From: Nanoarchaeum equitans Kin4-M | Lineage (GTDB): Archaea > Nanobdellota > Nanobdellia > Nanobdellales > Nanoarchaeaceae | Reading direction: 5' to 3' | Length of the DNA stretch: 32,000 bases | NCBI GenBank assembly: GCA_000008085.1 | Contig: AE017199.1 | Span: 390,001 to 422,000 of the forward strand | Shown: piece by piece, positions 1 to 8,718 of the stretch | Layout: every line of letters starts with the position of its first letter | Position numbering within the stretch: the stretch's first letter is position 1 | Program-made: the position numbers and the translations under genes | The notes under the pieces: model-generated | What the model saw: only the letters and a program-made list of their open reading frames with translations | Told to the model about the DNA's origin: nothing | Database searches by the model: none

Positions 1-1
1 A

Positions 2-1411
2 GGAACATGTTACAACAATAATGGTATTATAGTAGAAGAAGACTTCTGGCAAAATTCTGAAGACCCAACTGCTCACCATTTCTCAATAGACTACAACCAT
101 GTGCATAATATCGTATCCTGGGTTGATTTGGGAAGCTTCATAGATGGCAATAGAACAATGGTTATAAAAATAAAACCCAGTTCAAGAGTTAGAGTAGATG
201 CGGCTTTGTATTATAATGATAATTGGTATAATATTAGTGCCGAATTGGATAAACCAAATGGAGATGCTATAACATTTTCTGCTGCCACTGGAGGAGAAAT
301 TTCAAAAGTATACCTAAAGAAAATCGCTATACTAAGAAATGACGATGTTTCAGTTAGTACTTCAATTATTAAGCAACCCGACAATGTTAACTTTGATTAC
401 CAAATGAATACCACGCTATATACATTCTCTTCTAAATGGGATAGGTTTACTGTAACATTTAATGAATACAGCTCCCTCTATAGATTGGTAAATGACGATA
501 GTTTAAACATTGCCCCGGGCTGTGTTATGCATTTATATGGATGCAATGACCCATCTTCAATAAAAGTGGGTAAAACAATATTTAAAGTGAAAAACGGGGA
601 TTATATTAGAATACCATGGGGCACTGAGCCCAGCGATGAACCTAATTCTATTTACGACTATTATATAGATGGTAACAACTTCTTTGATTTAGTAAGTATA
701 TACGATCTTTCCTGCCCTAGCTCTCCAAAATGTTGGAACAACCCAGCAAGCTATTGTGAAAAAAGAAGAGATAACATATATCCTACATATTGGAATAGCT
801 ATGTAACTTATGTAAATATAAGAAGCAACGGCAATTGTGGTACTGCTATAAATAATAAGACAACTTATTGGGTTTGCGGAGAAATAATAAAATTCCCATT
901 TGGTTTGGGAGATTATGAAGAAATCGATTTAAGTTATAGGGCCAAAGAGTATAGATGGAATTCTAATTTTGTATGGTATTTCCCAGGAAAAGAAGTTGCA
1001 GGTTTTGTGGCTTGGAACAACCATAATATAAGGGTTGGCGATATAGATAGTGGGGTACCACATAGCAACATCCGCTATATACAATACTATATTAAATACA
1101 AGAACAATATATTGAGCGTTAGCACATCGCACGGGTTGCCTACTTTTAGCAAATATTATACAGGTAATTTAGATAGACTATATCTAAGAACTGGTACTCA
1201 TATGTGTTCAAGTGAAAGCGGTAGAAACTGGTGGTATATATTCTTTGTTGCAAAAAGGAAAATTGGGGACATAAAAAGTGAAAAACAAGCGCCATTAGTA
1301 TACAAAGTTAAAGTAGGCGGTACTATAGAAGGGGACAAAGATTATGTCAAAAAAATGATAGAAAAATACAAAAACTATGTAAAAAACATAAAAGTATATG
1401 TAGATATCTAG
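2..1411 (+). CDS. 5'-truncated hypothetical protein, Asn/Tyr/Trp/Cys-rich, probably secreted or surface-located
   Basis: The frame of track ORF 101..1411 stays open back to nt 2 (GTCYNNNGIIVEEDFWQNSEDPTAHHFSIDYNH...). The GTG at 101 is therefore probably internal and the gene begins upstream of the window. No recognisable catalytic motif. Confidence 0.7.
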   Translation, partial: GTCYNNNGIIVEEDFWQNSEDPTAHHFSIDYNHVHNIVSWVDLGSFIDGNRTMVIKIKPSSRVRVDAALYYNDNWYNISAELDKPNGDAITFSAATGGEISKVYLKKIAILRNDDVSVSTSIIKQPDNVNFDYQMNTTLYTFSSKWDRFTVTFNEYSSLYRLVNDDSLNIAPGCVMHLYGCNDPSSIKVGKTIFKVKNGDYIRIPWGTEPSDEPNSIYDYYIDGNNFFDLVSIYDLSCPSSPKCWNNPASYCEKRRDNIYPTYWNSYVTYVNIRSNGNCGTAINNKTTYWVCGEIIKFPFGLGDYEEIDLSYRAKEYRWNSNFVWYFPGKEVAGFVAWNNHNIRVGDIDSGVPHSNIRYIQYYIKYKNNILSVSTSHGLPTFSKYYTGNLDRLYLRTGTHMCSSESGRNWWYIFFVAKRKIGDIKSEKQAPLVYKVKVGGTIEGDKDYVKKMIEKYKNYVKNIKVYVDI

Positions 1412-1950
1412 TCTTCTTCAAAAATTTGTCCTTCGAAAACATATACTTCGGTTTTTGGGTCTAACCAACAATCCATTGGTAAGCCTGCTTTTAAGCAGCC
1501 ATAGGATAAAAACTCTTTAGCGTCCCAACCTTCTTCTATAGGAACTTGGGGCAATAATAAACCGGAATATGGGCCCCTTTTAATTATTATACCATGTTTG
1601 CCGATTTTTATTTTTTCCAAATACTCTAATGGGTTATTAACTATTAACTTTCTTGGAGGGGTTAAAACAGTAACCTCAAATTTCACATTATCTAACTCTT
1701 CTTTTTGTAATGGTGGAAACCTTGGATCTTCAAAAGCGGCCATTAAAGCGCTGTATTTTAGGGATTGCCATAGAGGGTATATTGGATATGGTATCCCCAT
1801 ACAACCTCTTAATTGGTTGTCCAAAGTTTTTATCGTTGTAAACGCACCAGCTTTATAGTTTAGTTTTTCTTTTATTTCATCGGGTATTTCGTAATCTTTA
1901 CCTTCTAAAGCGTATTCAACTATTTTTCTCGCTATCTTCGCTAGGTTCAT
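1408..1950 (-). CDS. AMMECR1-domain protein
   Basis: 180 aa with GAFTTIK...LRGCMGIPYP and AAFEDPRFPPL, matching the AMMECR1 family core (LRGCIG, DPRF). Confidence 0.85.
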   Translation of the reverse strand: MNLAKIARKIVEYALEGKDYEIPDEIKEKLNYKAGAFTTIKTLDNQLRGCMGIPYPIYPLWQSLKYSALMAAFEDPRFPPLQKEELDNVKFEVTVLTPPRKLIVNNPLEYLEKIKIGKHGIIIKRGPYSGLLLPQVPIEEGWDAKEFLSYGCLKAGLPMDCWLDPKTEVYVFEGQIFEED

Positions 1951-2470
1951 TGTTTTTATTGTCTCCCATATTTAAAGATCTTTTAAGACCATAATAAGCT
2001 TTTGCTTCTTTTAATATTTCTTTAACAAAATCATCACACACTTCAAATATTTTATTTTTGTGCTCTTCTATTTTCAGTTTCGCTGTAATCAAATCGCTAA
2101 CCATTTTTATTATATCTATAAGCTTTGGGTTCTCCTTTGTTTCTTCTTTTATATCTATAACCAAATTTTTACAAGCAATATTTATAGAACCCCAATCGAC
2201 ATCAATATTATTTTGTTTAATTCTATCAAAATTAAATTCGAAAGAAATAGAAAATTTATATGTATGTATGTCATCAGCTTTTTTACTACAATCTAAATTG
2301 AAACTTATATTCTTCTTTCCATTCTCTAATTTTTCAGTATACTCTTTTAATTGTACATCAATTTTTTTGTTTTTGGCAATCTCAAAAATTTTATCAAAAA
2401 TTTGTTGGAATATAAAAGGGCCTTCATAATTATATTTTCTACCCTCCAAGCTTACCAATAAGGTAGCCAT
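1916..2470 (-). CDS. hypothetical protein
   Basis: ORF in the track. I moved the start from GTG 2485 to ATG 2470 (MATLLVSLEG) because a TATAAA box (minus strand, + coordinates 2491-2496) lies exactly 26 nt upstream of 2470. The 3' end overlaps the AMMECR1 start by 35 nt. Confidence 0.6.
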   Translation of the reverse strand: MATLLVSLEGRKYNYEGPFIFQQIFDKIFEIAKNKKIDVQLKEYTEKLENGKKNISFNLDCSKKADDIHTYKFSISFEFNFDRIKQNNIDVDWGSINIACKNLVIDIKEETKENPKLIDIIKMVSDLITAKLKIEEHKNKIFEVCDDFVKEILKEAKAYYGLKRSLNMGDNKNNEPSEDSEKNS

Positions 2471-2550
2471 AAAGAAATGTTGCACTGTGGTTTATAACTA
2501 TTTTGTAAGGGATACATAAGCCTATTAATGATCAATGATCAAAACTTAAT

Positions 2551-3300
2551 ATGTTCAGAAGGAGCATAACCCCAATTATTGCAGTAGTAATGATGTTAAT
2601 GATGACTGTGATGGCTGCAGGTGCGGTATTTACATGGTATCAACAATTCCAACAACAACAATTACAAAAGGTAACAAAAAGCGCTGCTGCTTTAGCTAAA
2701 AACATAGCCTTCGCGGTTAATGAAGCTAGGTGGAATAACAAATATGGGGAATCCAAAGAATTCGATACAAATGGCGATAATACCAACGATCTAAAAGTAA
2801 CATATGTAACATTCCAATTCACAATTACTAATTCTGGAGATGATATGGATTTGAACTCTAAAAACCCATTAGCCTTTGCTGCGTTGTCTGAATTAACTAC
2901 AGGTACTCCAATAGTACAAAGCTCTCCAGGTGTTTTAGTAGTTGACAAAACTAATAGCTTAAATGTTTACCCAACAAACCTTAATTTTGCTAATAACAAA
3001 GTTGATTTGACTACCCCATCCAATGAGCAAGTAACAATAGTAGATGTAGGAAATAATGCATTAACAAACCCATTAGTATGTTATAGGGTTGTAACCACAG
3101 AATTAAACCATCCAATAAATATAGTTGCATCTGGAGAAACAGCGAGGTTTAACTGTATGGCTGTAATTAAGGTTGAAACATCTACAGATGGAACTACTTG
3201 GAATGCAGTAGATTACTCTCCAAAAGGTTATGATGCAACCAAAGATTACAATATAGAAGTCCATTATGGTGCAGTAACACAAGTGGCACAAATTCAATAA
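2551..3300 (+). CDS. archaeal type IV pilin-like protein (class III signal peptide)
   Basis: N-terminus MFRRS/ITPIIAVVMMLMMTVMAAGAV has a short basic leader and then a hydrophobic helix, like the archaeal pilin N-terminal domain (DUF361-type RxxSPVIxxVLLIxxTV). The rest is Thr/Asn-rich. Confidence 0.7.
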   Translation: MFRRSITPIIAVVMMLMMTVMAAGAVFTWYQQFQQQQLQKVTKSAAALAKNIAFAVNEARWNNKYGESKEFDTNGDNTNDLKVTYVTFQFTITNSGDDMDLNSKNPLAFAALSELTTGTPIVQSSPGVLVVDKTNSLNVYPTNLNFANNKVDLTTPSNEQVTIVDVGNNALTNPLVCYRVVTTELNHPINIVASGETARFNCMAVIKVETSTDGTTWNAVDYSPKGYDATKDYNIEVHYGAVTQVAQIQ

Positions 3301-3309
3301 ATTCTTTGA

Positions 3310-3882
3310 ATGAAATCTCAGTCACATTTAATTGAGTTTGTTTTGGTTATTGGGATAGCTTTAGCGGGTTTGTCTTCAGCATTAATGTGGGCCAAACCTT
3401 TATGGAATAAATCTTTTTCGAAAACCAAATATTTAAAATTCGTTGATAGCGCAAAAGAGATATACAAAGCCTTAATTAACATTGATAAAATAAAGGAAAA
3501 AACATTTAACATAGAATATGATAAGCTTTATGCTAACGAAACCTTTATGGAAATCTCGATAAAAGGGAACTTTTTTAAGGGTATTATGGGTTATTGGTTT
3601 CCTTTAGTTGAAGGCATCTATGGGGTTAACCCTATAAATGGAAAACTAGAGACAAACCAAACCCAATATTTGGTTTTACCTTATATTAAAATTACTCCGA
3701 ACGAGGTTAAGGTTAGATATTATTTCCCTTATGCTAAAAAATCCGATAAATTATGCTATAAACTATTACCCCAAGAAACGATCAAAACGAATGGGAATAG
3801 CATAACCATTCGAGTTATGGATGTACAATACAAAAACGAACCTTGCCCTGTTACGATAGTTTACACATTATATATTGCATAA
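3310..3882 (+). CDS. pilin-like protein with class III-type signal
   Basis: MKSQSHLIEFVLVIGIALAGL. The SHLIE + hydrophobic helix resembles the FTLIE (Glu+5) prepilin motif. It lies 9 nt after the previous pilin-like gene with no TATA of its own, so it is probably co-transcribed. Confidence 0.55.
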   Translation: MKSQSHLIEFVLVIGIALAGLSSALMWAKPLWNKSFSKTKYLKFVDSAKEIYKALINIDKIKEKTFNIEYDKLYANETFMEISIKGNFFKGIMGYWFPLVEGIYGVNPINGKLETNQTQYLVLPYIKITPNEVKVRYYFPYAKKSDKLCYKLLPQETIKTNGNSITIRVMDVQYKNEPCPVTIVYTLYIA

Positions 3883-3887
3883 AGGTT

Positions 3888-3893
3888 TTTAAA
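3888..3893 (+). promoter_or_regulatory. TATA box of the 23S rRNA transcription unit
   Basis: aaaggTTTTTAAAtcc. Applying the 26-nt spacing seen elsewhere in this window predicts a TSS near 3914, and the GC-rich pre-rRNA begins at about 3922. Confidence 0.6.
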
Positions 3894-3966
3894 TCCTACT
3901 CAAGACATTACCAAATCTTATGACCTCGGGGAGTAATTCCCCGAGCGAGGCTGATGCTTAAGATGA

Positions 3967-6900
3967 GGCCACCACCGTCCGCAGGACCGCTGACCCCGCC
4001 CGGTGGATGCCTGGGCTCGGGAGCCGAAGAAGGGCGTGGCAAGCTGCGATAAGCCAGGGGGAGGCGCACGCAGCCGTTGATCCCTGGATCCCCGAATGGG
4101 ACCTCCTGCCCGGGGGTTAACCCCGGGCGCCCCGATAAGGGGCGGGAACGCGGGGAAGTGAAACATCTCAGTACCCGCAGGAAAAGAAAGAGAAATTCGA
4201 TGGCGGGAGTAGGGGCGACCGAAACCGCCGTAGCCCAAACTGAATCCCGTAGGGAAACCTACGGGAGATGTGGGGTTGTTGGGGGTGGCGGCTTTCCCTC
4301 CCGCGGGAACCCGAACTCCGGTGGAAGTCCGGGGCCGTAGAGGGTGACAGCCCCGTAGGGGTAACCGCGGAGGGAGTGCCGCCACTTCCAGAGTACCGCG
4401 CCTCGGATATGGCGCGGGAAGCTGGGGGACACACGCCCCCAAGGCTAAATACTCCCCGAGTCCGATAGCGGACTAGTAGGGTGACCGAAAGGTGAAAGAG
4501 AACCCGTGGAAGGGAGTGAAAAAGAGCCTGAAACCGGGCGGGGATAGTCAGGTGGGGCCGGTTAAGCCCCCGGGCAAGGAACCCCCGGCGACGGGGTAGT
4601 ACTTGCCCGGGGGCTAGCCGGTTCCACCGTACGTTCGGGAGCACGTGCGGGGGAGTGTGCCCGAGTGGCGAGGTTAAGGGGATAAACCCCGAAGCCGTAG
4701 GGAAACCGAAGGCCCGCAGCCCTTATGGGCGAGGGGCCGCGTCCTATACGGGCGTAAGTCACTCGGGCACGACCAGAAGCCCGGCGATCTACCCCGGGGC
4801 AGGGTGAAGCGGGGTTTTTCCCCGTGGAGGCCCGAAGGGGTGGTGGCCTATCCCCTCCTCTGACCCCGGGGTAGGGGCGATATACCAATCGAGCCGGGTG
4901 ATAGCTGGTTCCCGCCGAAATGGGCTGCAGTCCAGCCTCGGCGGAGGCACCCTCGGGTGTAGAGCGACGGATTCCCGTGGCAAGGGGGTTAACCCCACCA
5001 CGGGAGTCCAACTCCGAAGCCCGAGGGGCCGTAGATGCCGGGAGACGGGGGCGGCGGATAAGCCGCCGTTCCGAGACGGGAACAACCGAGACCGGGGTTA
5101 AGGCCCCTAAGTGCCGGCTAAGTGGCTGGAAGGGTGTCCGCTCCCTAAGACACCGGGGATGTGGGACTAGTAGTGTCCATCATCTAAGGAGTGTGCAACA
5201 ACTCACCCGGCGAGGGAGCGGGCCCCGCAGATGGACGGGCCTAAGCCGGCCGCCGAGACCCCGGGCCGGGGATCCGATGGATCCCCGTGCGGTAGGCGGG
5301 CGTCCCGGTGGCCTAGAAGGCGGGCCGTGAGGTCCGCTGGAGCCGCCGGGAATGAGAATCCCCGCGTGAGTAGGAGCAAAGAGGGGTGAGAAGCCCCTCC
5401 GCCGAAAGGGAAAAGGGTTCCCTGGCAATGACCATCAGCCAGGGGTGAGTCGGTCCTAAGGCCGGCGGTAACTCCGCTCGGCCGAAAGGGAAAGGGGTTA
5501 ATATTCCCCTACCGCCCGGGTAGGCGCGGCAACGCCAAGCCCTACTCCCGACGCCTGGGGCTAGGCCGACCGCGGATTTCCCGCGGCCAACCGGGATAGG
5601 GCCGGGGAGTGCCATTATGGCGAGAACCGGCCTAAACCCGGGACGGGGCCCCCGTATGGGGGCTTCGGCCGAGGCCCTGGGCCCATGAAAAGGGAGTAGG
5701 GAACGATCCCGGGCGACCGTACCGAGAACCGTGACAGGTTCCCTGGGTGAGCAGCCTAAGGCGGTGGGGTATAACCTGGCCGAGGGAAATCGGCAAATTG
5801 GCCCCGTATCTTCGGTAGAAGGGGTGCCTGCGGTCGTGGGGTAATCCTGCGACCGCAGGTCGCAGTGACAAGGGCGGGCCGACTGTTTACTAAAAACATA
5901 GCCTCCGGCAAGCCCGAAAGGGTGTGTACCGGAGGTGACGCCTGCCCAGTGCCGGTACCTGAACCCCCCGTCCAAGGGGGCTAAGGGCCGGTAAACGGCG
6001 GGAGTAACTGTAACTCTCTTAAGGTAGCGTAGTCCCTTGCCGGTTAAATGCCGGCTCTGCGAACGGCGTAACGAGCTCGCCACTGTCCTCGGCCAGGGCC
6101 CCCTGAAAACGCCGTTCCCGTGGATAGGCGGGAGAGGCCCGGTGGGAAGAGAAGACCCCGTGAAGCTTAACCGCAGCCTGTCGTTGCCCCGTTGTCCCCC
6201 ACGCTCAGCGTAGCGGGGAGCGATGAACCGGCCCCTCCGGGGGTCGGGGATGCGCCCATGAGACACCCGCCGTGGGGGACAACGGGGCTAACCCCGAAAG
6301 GGGGACAGCGGCAGGTGGGCGGTTTGGCTGGGGCGGCACACCGCCGAAAAGATATCGGCGGTGCCCAAAGGTCGGCTCAGGCGGGTCAGAAATCCGCCGT
6401 AGAGTGCAAGGGCAAAAGCCGGCCTGACACGGCCCTTTACAAGGGGCCGTGGCGGGAAACCGCGGCCTAGCGAACCCCGGTAGCCCCCGTGTGGGGCTTC
6501 GGGACGACGGAAAAGCTACTCCGGGGGTAACAGCTTGGTCGCGGGCGAAAGTTCCCATCGACCCCGCGGTTTGAGACCTCGATGTCGGCTCTTCTCACCC
6601 TGGCCGTGCAGCAGCGGCCAAGGGTGGGGGTGTTCACCCATTAAAGAGGAACGTGAGCTGGGTTTAGTACGCCGCGAGGCAGTGTGGATTCTATCTACCG
6701 GGCCTGTTCGGCGGCTGAGGGGAAGGACGGCCTAGTACGAAAGGAACGGCCGTCCGGCGCCTCTAGTCGACGGGGTGTCCGTATGGGCAGCCCCGGCAGC
6801 CACGCGCTAGGGGGTAAGGGCTGAATGCATCTAAGCCCGAACCCCTCCCCGAAAAGAGCCGCCGATCCCCCTCGGGTAGAAGACCCGGTTGATGGGGGGG

Positions 6901-6978
6901 CGGTGGAAGCCCCGAGGGTTTCCGAGGGGCGAGCCGGCCCCTCCCAATCGGGGGGTGGTCCTGCGGACGGTGGTGGCC
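3967..6978 (+). rRNA. rrl: 23S (LSU) rRNA including its terminal processing stem
   Basis: Contains conserved LSU blocks GGTGGATGCCTGGGC, GAAGGGCGTGGCAAGCTGCGATAAGCC, GGGGAAGTGAAACATCTCAGTACC, TTAAGGTAGCG and CTGAATGCATCTAAGCC. Nt 3967-3988 (ggccaccaccgtccgcaggacc) is the exact reverse complement of 6957-6978. It is very GC-rich in an AT-rich context. Mature ends lie somewhere inside the stem. Confidence 0.95.
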
Positions 6979-6989
6979 GAGATAAAATA

Positions 6990-6995
6990 TTTAAA
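6990..6995 (+). promoter_or_regulatory. TATA box for leaderless rps9
   Basis: The TTTAAA box starts 26 nt upstream of the G of the GTG start at 7016, and 12 nt after the rRNA stem. Confidence 0.65.
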
Positions 6996-7015
6996 CACTT
7001 CTTTTATCAATTCTA

Positions 7016-7426
7016 GTGAAACATCTAGTTGTATCTGCTAAAAGAAAAACATCAATAGCCAGAGCATACTTTAGAGAAGGCAATGGAATAATAAGAATCA
7101 ATGGATTTTTATTAGAAGTATGGCAAAACCCATTAGCAAGAGCAAGAGTAAAAGAGCCCTTAATAATAGCAGAAAACATTATTCCAGGAATAACTAAAGA
7201 GATTGATATTAATGTTAATGTATTTGGTGGAGGATGGCATTCTCAAACCGAAGCAGTGAGGCAAGCAATCGCTAGGGGTTTAGTAGTATGGACAGGTAGC
7301 GATCAATTAAAGAAAGCTTTCTTAGAATATGATAATTGGTTATTAGTTAACGACCCAAGAAGGAAAGAACAAAACAAATCCCTTAGATCTAAGCCAAGGG
7401 CTTGGAGACAAACTTCTTACAGATGA
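7016..7426 (+). CDS. rps9: 30S ribosomal protein uS9
   Basis: GKRKTSIARA-like KRKTSIARAYF, GGGWHSQTEAVRQAIARGL, and a C-terminal RQTSYR. GTG start. Confidence 0.9.
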   Translation: MKHLVVSAKRKTSIARAYFREGNGIIRINGFLLEVWQNPLARARVKEPLIIAENIIPGITKEIDINVNVFGGGWHSQTEAVRQAIARGLVVWTGSDQLKKAFLEYDNWLLVNDPRRKEQNKSLRSKPRAWRQTSYR

Positions 7427-7779
7427 AGGCAATAAATTATACTATCGTTTCCTTTGTATTATTGGTAACAATTGGTTTAGCACTATTATACCAACTAACA
7501 CCCATATTTAATTTAAGCAAATATGAGAAAAAGGAATGTCTAATAGATATAAAGAAGTTCTCTGTTTTAGGTAACCAATTGAACATAAATTTGGATTATA
7601 ACAAATATTGCTATAGGTTTGACATAGCTATAAAAAACAACAAAAAAACATTATGCACTTTTACAGAGGTCCCTAAAAATGTTATAACCTTAACTCTTAA
7701 TAATTGCAACCTAACTCATGGCAAACAATATATATTATCTATAAACGGAAAAGATCTGACAACTTTCTATTACCCTTAA
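7423..7779 (+). CDS. small membrane-anchored protein with a class III-like signal (MKA/INYTIVSFVLLVTIGLAL)
   Basis: Same frame as track ORF 7402..7779. ATG 7423 overlaps the rps9 stop (ATGA), suggesting translational coupling. The N-terminus resembles that of the 16638 protein (RG/INALIAIIVLVAIVGL). Confidence 0.5.
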   Translation: MKAINYTIVSFVLLVTIGLALLYQLTPIFNLSKYEKKECLIDIKKFSVLGNQLNINLDYNKYCYRFDIAIKNNKKTLCTFTEVPKNVITLTLNNCNLTHGKQYILSINGKDLTTFYYP

Positions 7780-8209
7780 TATAAAATATGAACATAAATG
7801 GCACAATAATATAACTAAAGGCAAACCAACTTATTGTATGCATAGTATTAACAATATCGCAAGGCATATAAGATATTACAATTACCCTTACTAAATTAAT
7901 CACAAATATTAGTAGAGAATAAAAAACGAACTTTTTTGCATAAAATTTTTTGTATGCTAATGCATAGGCCACAACCAATATAGCAAAAGAGACAACATTT
8001 TTTATCCCAAGGCAGTCATATGTTATATCGATTATACATCTATTATTTATTATCGCACTATAATGTGTTGGCCTCCCAAAGCTTATTAGTTTTGCAAAAA
8101 CAGATCTATCTATTGGTAGCTCTATATATAATAAAGGAGATAGAGCTAATACAATAAGGAAAAAGTATAGCTTAGAATTTCCATTCAAAAGGTTTTGGTT
8201 TCCTTTCAA
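7739..8209 (-). CDS. polytopic membrane protein, tentatively exosortase/archaeosortase family
   Basis: Cys...Asn-x-x-Arg...His occur in the family order and spacing: DITYDCLGIKNVVSF (cf. CSG), FVINLVRVIVI (cf. NxxRI), NTMHTISWF. The protein is hydrophobic throughout. It has a TTG start only, so the start is uncertain, and it overlaps the upstream gene by 38 nt. Confidence 0.4.
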   Translation of the reverse strand: MKGNQNLLNGNSKLYFFLIVLALSPLLYIELPIDRSVFAKLISFGRPTHYSAIINNRCIIDITYDCLGIKNVVSFAILVVAYALAYKKFYAKKFVFYSLLIFVINLVRVIVISYMPCDIVNTMHTISWFAFSYIIVPFMFIFYIKGNRKLSDLFRL

Positions 8210-8666
8210 TTGGTTTTTCTATTGTAGGAGTAGGTGGCTCGATTGGTTGTGGTTTACTAACAAGGCTCTCCCTTATTTCAGATAAGCTTTTGTTTAATGT
8301 TCTTATACTATTAGCCAAATCCGCGATGCTTGCTTTTATCTCTTCAAACTCTTGTTGCATTGTTTTTATTTGTTTTTCTAAATTAGAAACATCTGGAGCA
8401 ACAGTTTCTTTAGCCGCTTCCTCCATTAAACTAATTAGATTATCTATTCTTTTTACTAAATCATTAATACCAACTATTAATTCGGAAACTTTAGCATTTA
8501 GTTCTAGGTTTACTTTGACTAAAGAGGACACCATTTGTTGGTTGGCTTTAGCAAAGTCTAATACTTCTTTTATTACTTCTTTGGATTCTTCCCTTTCTTT
8601 TTTAAGCTTTTCAATTTCTTGCATTATTTTTTGTATTGGGTCTGGCACTATTTCATATTCATCCAT
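8172..8666 (-). CDS. coiled-coil protein with a Pro/Lys-rich tail, unknown function
   Basis: Heptad-like Glu/Lys/Leu-rich sequence, then a C-terminal PQPIEPPTPTIEKPIERKPKPFEWKF. A TTTTTATT box lies at the leaderless distance from ATG 8666. Confidence 0.65.
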   Translation of the reverse strand: MDEYEIVPDPIQKIMQEIEKLKKEREESKEVIKEVLDFAKANQQMVSSLVKVNLELNAKVSELIVGINDLVKRIDNLISLMEEAAKETVAPDVSNLEKQIKTMQQEFEEIKASIADLANSIRTLNKSLSEIRESLVSKPQPIEPPTPTIEKPIERKPKPFEWKF

Positions 8667-8718
8667 AGATAAGGGTGTTCTCTTTAAATAAAAACAATCT
8701 TGAATAACTAATTAGTAA

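Noticed and set aside
2527-2540. Tandem aatgatc-aatgatc in the spacer upstream of the pilin gene, resembling C-box fragments
   Set aside because: There is no CTGA D or D' box at guide distance on either strand, and the sequence is TGATC rather than TGATGA. It is more likely promoter-region AT-rich sequence.
2589-2614. aATGATGttaATGATGActgtgATGG cluster of C-box-like heptamers
   Set aside because: It lies in the pilin signal helix and encodes VMMLMMTVM. The motifs come from consecutive Met codons, and no D boxes follow.
3918-7016. More than a dozen track ORFs (up to 317 aa) on both strands with Pro/Arg/Gly-rich translations
   Set aside because: They lie entirely inside the GC-rich 23S rRNA and are stop-poor only because of base composition. 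Their composition is non-protein-like, and rRNA signature blocks explain the region.
7402-7422. Longer ORF-track starts (7402, GTG 2485, GTG 12309, TTG 27006)
   Set aside because: In each case a downstream ATG has a TATA box exactly 26 nt upstream (2470, 12291, 26991) or an ATGA overlap with the preceding stop (7423). The extended starts have neither.
8290-8691. 133-aa plus-strand ORF, with similar antisense ORFs at 14763..15206, 19857..20249, 23544..23984, 27174..27491 and 2058..2429
   Set aside because: Each is fully nested antisense to a CDS with clear family motifs or stronger coding character, and none has a TATA box at -26.
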